Program-made: the position numbers and the translations under genes
Assembly (NCBI GenBank): GCA_963666835.2
Contig: CAXXGO010000007.1
Location: 1-64,000, forward strand
Direction of reading: 5' to 3'
From: Phycisphaerae bacterium
Lineage (GTDB): Bacteria > Planctomycetota > Phycisphaerae > UBA1845
DNA length: 64,000 nt
Notes under the pieces: generated by a model
Told to the model about the DNA's origin: nothing
The model's database searches: none
Seen by the model: only the letters and a program-made list of their open reading frames with translations
In this document: piece by piece, positions 60,476 through 64,000 of the stretch
Position numbering within the stretch: the stretch's first letter is position 1
Layout of the letters: the number at the start of each line of letters is the position of its first letter

Positions 60476-61627
60476 ATGCGACAGGTCACGATGCTTGACC
60501 TCCACGCGGAGTACAAGCTGTTTGCCGATGAAATCCGTACGGTGGTAAGCGCCGTATTGGACAGCCAGCAGTTCGTTAACGGTCCCGCCGTCGCGGAACT
60601 GGAGGCCGACCTGAGCGCCCGTGTCGGAGTGCCTCACGCGGTCGGAGTCAGCAGCGGTACGGATGCCCTGCTGTGCGCTTTGATGTCTCTGGGCATCGGA
60701 CCGGGGGACGAGGTCATCCTCCCGGCGTTCACGTTTTTCGCCACGGCCGGGTCCGTCGCCCGAGTGGGAGCTACTCCCGTCTTTGTCGACATCGACGCGC
60801 GCACGTTCAATCTCGATCCTGCCGAGGTGGAAGCCGCGGTTACGGACAAAACCCGGGCGATACTCGTTGTCCATCTCTTCGGCCAGTGTGCCGACATGGA
60901 TCCTATTAACGAGATCGCGCGCCGCGGGTCTATTGCGGTGATCGAAGACGCCGCTCAGGCGTTGGGCGCTGCTTACCGGGACCGGCCGGCGTGCAGTTTG
61001 GGTGATCTGGCTTGCGTGTCGTTCTATCCGACCAAGAACCTCGGCGGGTTCGGTGAAGGCGGGATGGTCTTCGTCCGCGACGACGCCCTGGCCGCTACGG
61101 TTCGGCAGACTCGCGTCCACGGCGAGTCGCAGCGCTATGTACACGAGCGGGTCGGCGGCAACTTCCGGCTGGATACGATGAAGGCCGCCATTTTGCGGGT
61201 CAAGCTTGGCCGGTTTGACGAGTTTACCCGGCGGCGGCGGGCTAACGCAGCGCGTTATAACGAGCTTCTGGCCGATGCCGGGGTCAAGACGCCTTTCGTC
61301 GCCGAGGGCCAGCAGCCGGTTTACCATCAGTATTCGATTCTCTGCCACCGGCGGGACGAGCTCCGCAAGCATCTTAACGAGCGCGGAGTGCAGAGCGGCA
61401 TCTATTACGAAGTGCCGCTCCATTTGCAGAAGTGCTTTGCCGATCTGGGCTATAAGCCGGGGTCGTTGCCGGTTACGGAAGATACGTGCAAGCATATTCT
61501 GTCATTGCCGTGTCATCCGATGCTCTCGGACGATGATCTGGAATACGTCGCCGCGGGCATACACGAGGTGTGTACGGGATCGTCGAAAGCGTGCTCGGCC
61601 GGGGGAGCCCCGACCGCCACGAAGTGA
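60476..61627 (+). CDS. DegT/DnrJ/EryC1/StrS aminotransferase
   Basis: [28 protein letters not shown]. Confidence 0.95.
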   Translation: MRQVTMLDLHAEYKLFADEIRTVVSAVLDSQQFVNGPAVAELEADLSARVGVPHAVGVSSGTDALLCALMSLGIGPGDEVILPAFTFFATAGSVARVGATPVFVDIDARTFNLDPAEVEAAVTDKTRAILVVHLFGQCADMDPINEIARRGSIAVIEDAAQALGAAYRDRPACSLGDLACVSFYPTKNLGGFGEGGMVFVRDDALAATVRQTRVHGESQRYVHERVGGNFRLDTMKAAILRVKLGRFDEFTRRRRANAARYNELLADAGVKTPFVAEGQQPVYHQYSILCHRRDELRKHLNERGVQSGIYYEVPLHLQKCFADLGYKPGSLPVTEDTCKHILSLPCHPMLSDDDLEYVAAGIHEVCTGSSKACSAGGAPTATK

Positions 61628-61664
61628 TTGTCCGGAGTGTTTCGCGGCAAGGTGGAGTTACGTT

Positions 61665-62609
61665 ATGCGCACTGTCGTAACCGGCGGGGCCGGGTTCCTG
61701 GGCAGCCATCTTTGCGACCGCCTGCTGGCCGACGGGCACGAGGTCATCGCCCTCGACAATCTGTTCACCGGATCGAAGCAGAACGTCGCCCATCTGGCCA
61801 ACCGGCCCGGTTTCGAGTTTATTCGGCACGACGTGGTCAATCCGATCTTGCTGGAGGTGGATTGGATCTTCAATCTCGCCTGCCCGGCCTCACCCGTGCA
61901 TTATCAACATAACCCCGTCAAAACGGTGAAAACCTCGGTGATGGGGACCTTGAACATGCTCGGGCTGGCGAAGCGTGTCAAAGCCCGAATCCTGCAGGCC
62001 TCTACCAGCGAAGTGTACGGCGACCCTCACGAGCATCCGCAGAAGGAGTCTTATTGGGGTAACGTCAACACGATCGGCCCGCGAAGCTGTTACGACGAGG
62101 GCAAACGCGTCGCCGAGACGTTGATGATGGACTACCACCGCCAGAACAACGTGGACATTCGGATCGTGCGGATATTCAACACGTACGGCCCGCGCATGGC
62201 CGTCGGTGACGGGCGGGTCGTTTCCAATTTCATCGTTCAGGCGTTGCGTGGCGAGAAGCTGACCGTCTACGGCGACGGAACTCAGACGCGGTGCTTCTGT
62301 TATGTCGACGACCTGATCGACGGGCTGGTTCGCGCTATGGCGTATGAAGGCGATGACGACCACCTGCCCATCAACATCGGCAACACCGACGAGCGCTCGA
62401 TGAACGACTTGGTGACCTGCCTCGGTGAGATCCTCGGCGAACCACTAGGGATCGAACGGCAGCCGATCCCGGTCAACGACCCGGTCCGCCGGCGCCCCGA
62501 TTGCACGCGGGCGCAGCAGGTTCTCGGCTGGCATCCGCAGGTCACGCTGACGGAAGGCCTGCGCCGCACCGTCGATTACTTCCGCTCCCAGATGGCGCCG
62601 CCGCCGTAG
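61665..62609 (+). CDS. UDP-glucuronate decarboxylase family SDR
   Basis: [42 protein letters not shown]. Confidence 0.95.
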   Translation: MRTVVTGGAGFLGSHLCDRLLADGHEVIALDNLFTGSKQNVAHLANRPGFEFIRHDVVNPILLEVDWIFNLACPASPVHYQHNPVKTVKTSVMGTLNMLGLAKRVKARILQASTSEVYGDPHEHPQKESYWGNVNTIGPRSCYDEGKRVAETLMMDYHRQNNVDIRIVRIFNTYGPRMAVGDGRVVSNFIVQALRGEKLTVYGDGTQTRCFCYVDDLIDGLVRAMAYEGDDDHLPINIGNTDERSMNDLVTCLGEILGEPLGIERQPIPVNDPVRRRPDCTRAQQVLGWHPQVTLTEGLRRTVDYFRSQMAPPP

Positions 62610-62653
62610 TGCCCGCTTGCCGGCCTGTTTGCAATATTAGGGTGTCACCTTCT

Positions 62654-63104
62654 GTAGGGCAGGTCGAGGTACGAGACCTGCCGCTGTTTTAGCGTAATGT
62701 GCGCGGGTGCCCCGTCGCTTTAGCGGTGGGGGACTCGCGCGTTACATGCCACGGGTCAACAAGTTGACCCATGCCACCCATCTGGCACCCCCGGTAGGGC
62801 AGGTCGAGGTACGAGACCTGCCGCTGTTTTAGCGTAATGTGCGCGGGTGCCCCATCGCTTCAGCGGTGGGGGACTCGCGCGTTACATGCCACGGGTCAAC
62901 AAGTTGACCCATGCCACCCGGCTGTCACCCCCGGTAGGGCAGGTCGAGGTACGAGACCTGCCGCTGTTTTAGCGTAATGTGCGCGGGTGCCCCATCGCTT
63001 CAGCGGTGGGGGACTCGCGCGTTACATGCCACGGGTCAACAAGTTGGCCCATGCCACCCATCTGGCACACCCGGTAGGGCAGGTCGAGGTACGAGACCTG
63101 CCGC
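62654..63104 (+). repeat. 140-bp tandem array (three full units plus a partial fourth) built from REP classes A, E-like and C
   Basis: Units start at 62654, 62794, 62934 and 63074 and are nearly identical; an inverted class A copy follows at 63131-63160. Confidence 0.95.
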
Positions 63105-63193
63105 CGTCTTCGCGCGATGTGCGCCGTTGTGGCAGGTCTCGTGCCTCGACCGTGCCCTACGAGCTCTTCGCGCTATGCGCGTCTTTTGAACTC

Positions 63194-63400
63194 ACGCCAA
63201 CGGCGTTTAACAGCAAAGCCCAGGGTAAACGAAGCGGCGCAGCCGCGCAGCGCCACCCTGGGGCACGGCGCCCCTTTCCACACCAACCCCGAAGCGGGTT
63301 GAACAACGGCGCAACCCCTGTCGGGGTTGATCCTCGATGTCACCGTAATCCCAGGGTAGCCGCTGCGCAGCAACCCTGGGCTATAGGACGTAACGCCTAC
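63194..63400. repeat. REP-like class B composite with truncated last hairpin
   Basis: Homologous to 40025-40236; the terminal ACGCC..GGCGT hairpin lacks its right arm. Confidence 0.8.
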
Positions 63401-63463
63401 CTTCCTGACATATGTCCACCCGGGTACCTTGGTAACGGACTTCGGGACTTGGGAGGACTACGC

Positions 63464-64000
63464 ATGGGGCTGCGGAACAAGAAGAAGGAGAGGCTTGAGC
63501 GTCTTGACTCGAAGACACTGGATGCCAAGTTTTTGCACGAAATCAAGCACGGACTCCATTGTTCGCCATTCGAGGCCGAGGCGGTTCTCGATGTGGTCAA
63601 GGAAGTTTACTTCCCGTACCTCGATGAACACGCCGGCAAGGCCCCACCTGGCAAGATTGGCTTGGTCGTCGTCGACGCCGACGAGCCTGCCGGGAAACCC
63701 GTCTGCGAATGCCAGAAGCAGAACGTGTGCCTGACAATCCACCGAGGTGCAGAGGATGATCGACTTCTGGAGGAGGAGGGGCCGGTCGGCTTTCGACAAG
63801 CCCGCATCCCACCGCTTTGCCAAGAAGCCCTGAGTCAAGGTGGGCTGCTCACGCGCGAAGATCTGGCCTACCGGATGTTCTTTGTTACGCCACGAACCAT
63901 TACGCGCGATTTGAACGCTCTCCGGAGTGCGTATCCCGGGGTGCTTATTCCTCTGCGAGGAATCGTACACGATCTTGGTCCCGTGTTGACTCATCGCAGC
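63464..64000 (+). CDS. DUF1670-like protein (partial, runs off the window; absent from the ORF track)
   Basis: GGAGG then ATG 63464; open to the window end: MGLRNKKKERLERL...QEALSQGGLLTREDLAYRMFFVTPRTITRDL...IPLRGIVHDLGPVLTHR, matching the DUF1670 pattern as I recall it. Confidence 0.8.
   Translation, partial: MGLRNKKKERLERLDSKTLDAKFLHEIKHGLHCSPFEAEAVLDVVKEVYFPYLDEHAGKAPPGKIGLVVVDADEPAGKPVCECQKQNVCLTIHRGAEDDRLLEEEGPVGFRQARIPPLCQEALSQGGLLTREDLAYRMFFVTPRTITRDLNALRSAYPGVLIPLRGIVHDLGPVLTHRS

Noticed and set aside
62654..63104. Possible CRISPR array (29-nt palindromic repeat at a regular period)
   Set aside because: Intervening sequences are about 111 nt and nearly identical, the repeat is dispersed across the window, and no cas genes are present.
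63458..63994. 178-aa minus-strand ORF in the track
   Set aside because: Antisense to the plus-strand DUF1670-like frame, which has an RBS and family-like motifs.

Overview
High-GC bacterial chromosomal window, probably from a planctomycete (Phycisphaerae-like). This is inferred from the FlgI/HEAT fusion, Ser/Thr kinase, IPTL-CTERM protein, ECF cassette and exosortase-EPS locus. It mixes housekeeping genes (ubiE/ubiX/ubiA-like, infA, folP, fmt, def, rpsT, hisS) with signalling genes (propeller-PAS histidine kinase, receiver, Ser/Thr kinase, two duplicated MCPs, an ECF/anti-sigma operon) and the start of an EPS/exosortase operon. No rRNA, tRNA or CRISPR array was recognised. Four things stand out. 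(1) A cluster at 36-39.7 kb of three secreted signal peptide / acidic pro-region / V-x-A / Cys-containing tail precursors plus a membrane protein, a candidate undescribed bacteriocin- or defensin-like system. Two precursors share a near-identical 5' module and have 50-aa six-Cys tails. (2) A complete endonuclease-less group II intron whose EBS1 matches, and which sits inside, a dispersed hairpin repeat, with empty target copies in the same window and a non-canonical GAAAGCG 5' end. (3) A dense set of REP-like repeats, including a RAYT/IS200-like pseudogene and a 140-bp tandem array. (4) A DUF1670-like gene at the right edge whose upstream boundary truncates a REP. All family assignments come from motif recognition by eye; no searches were run.
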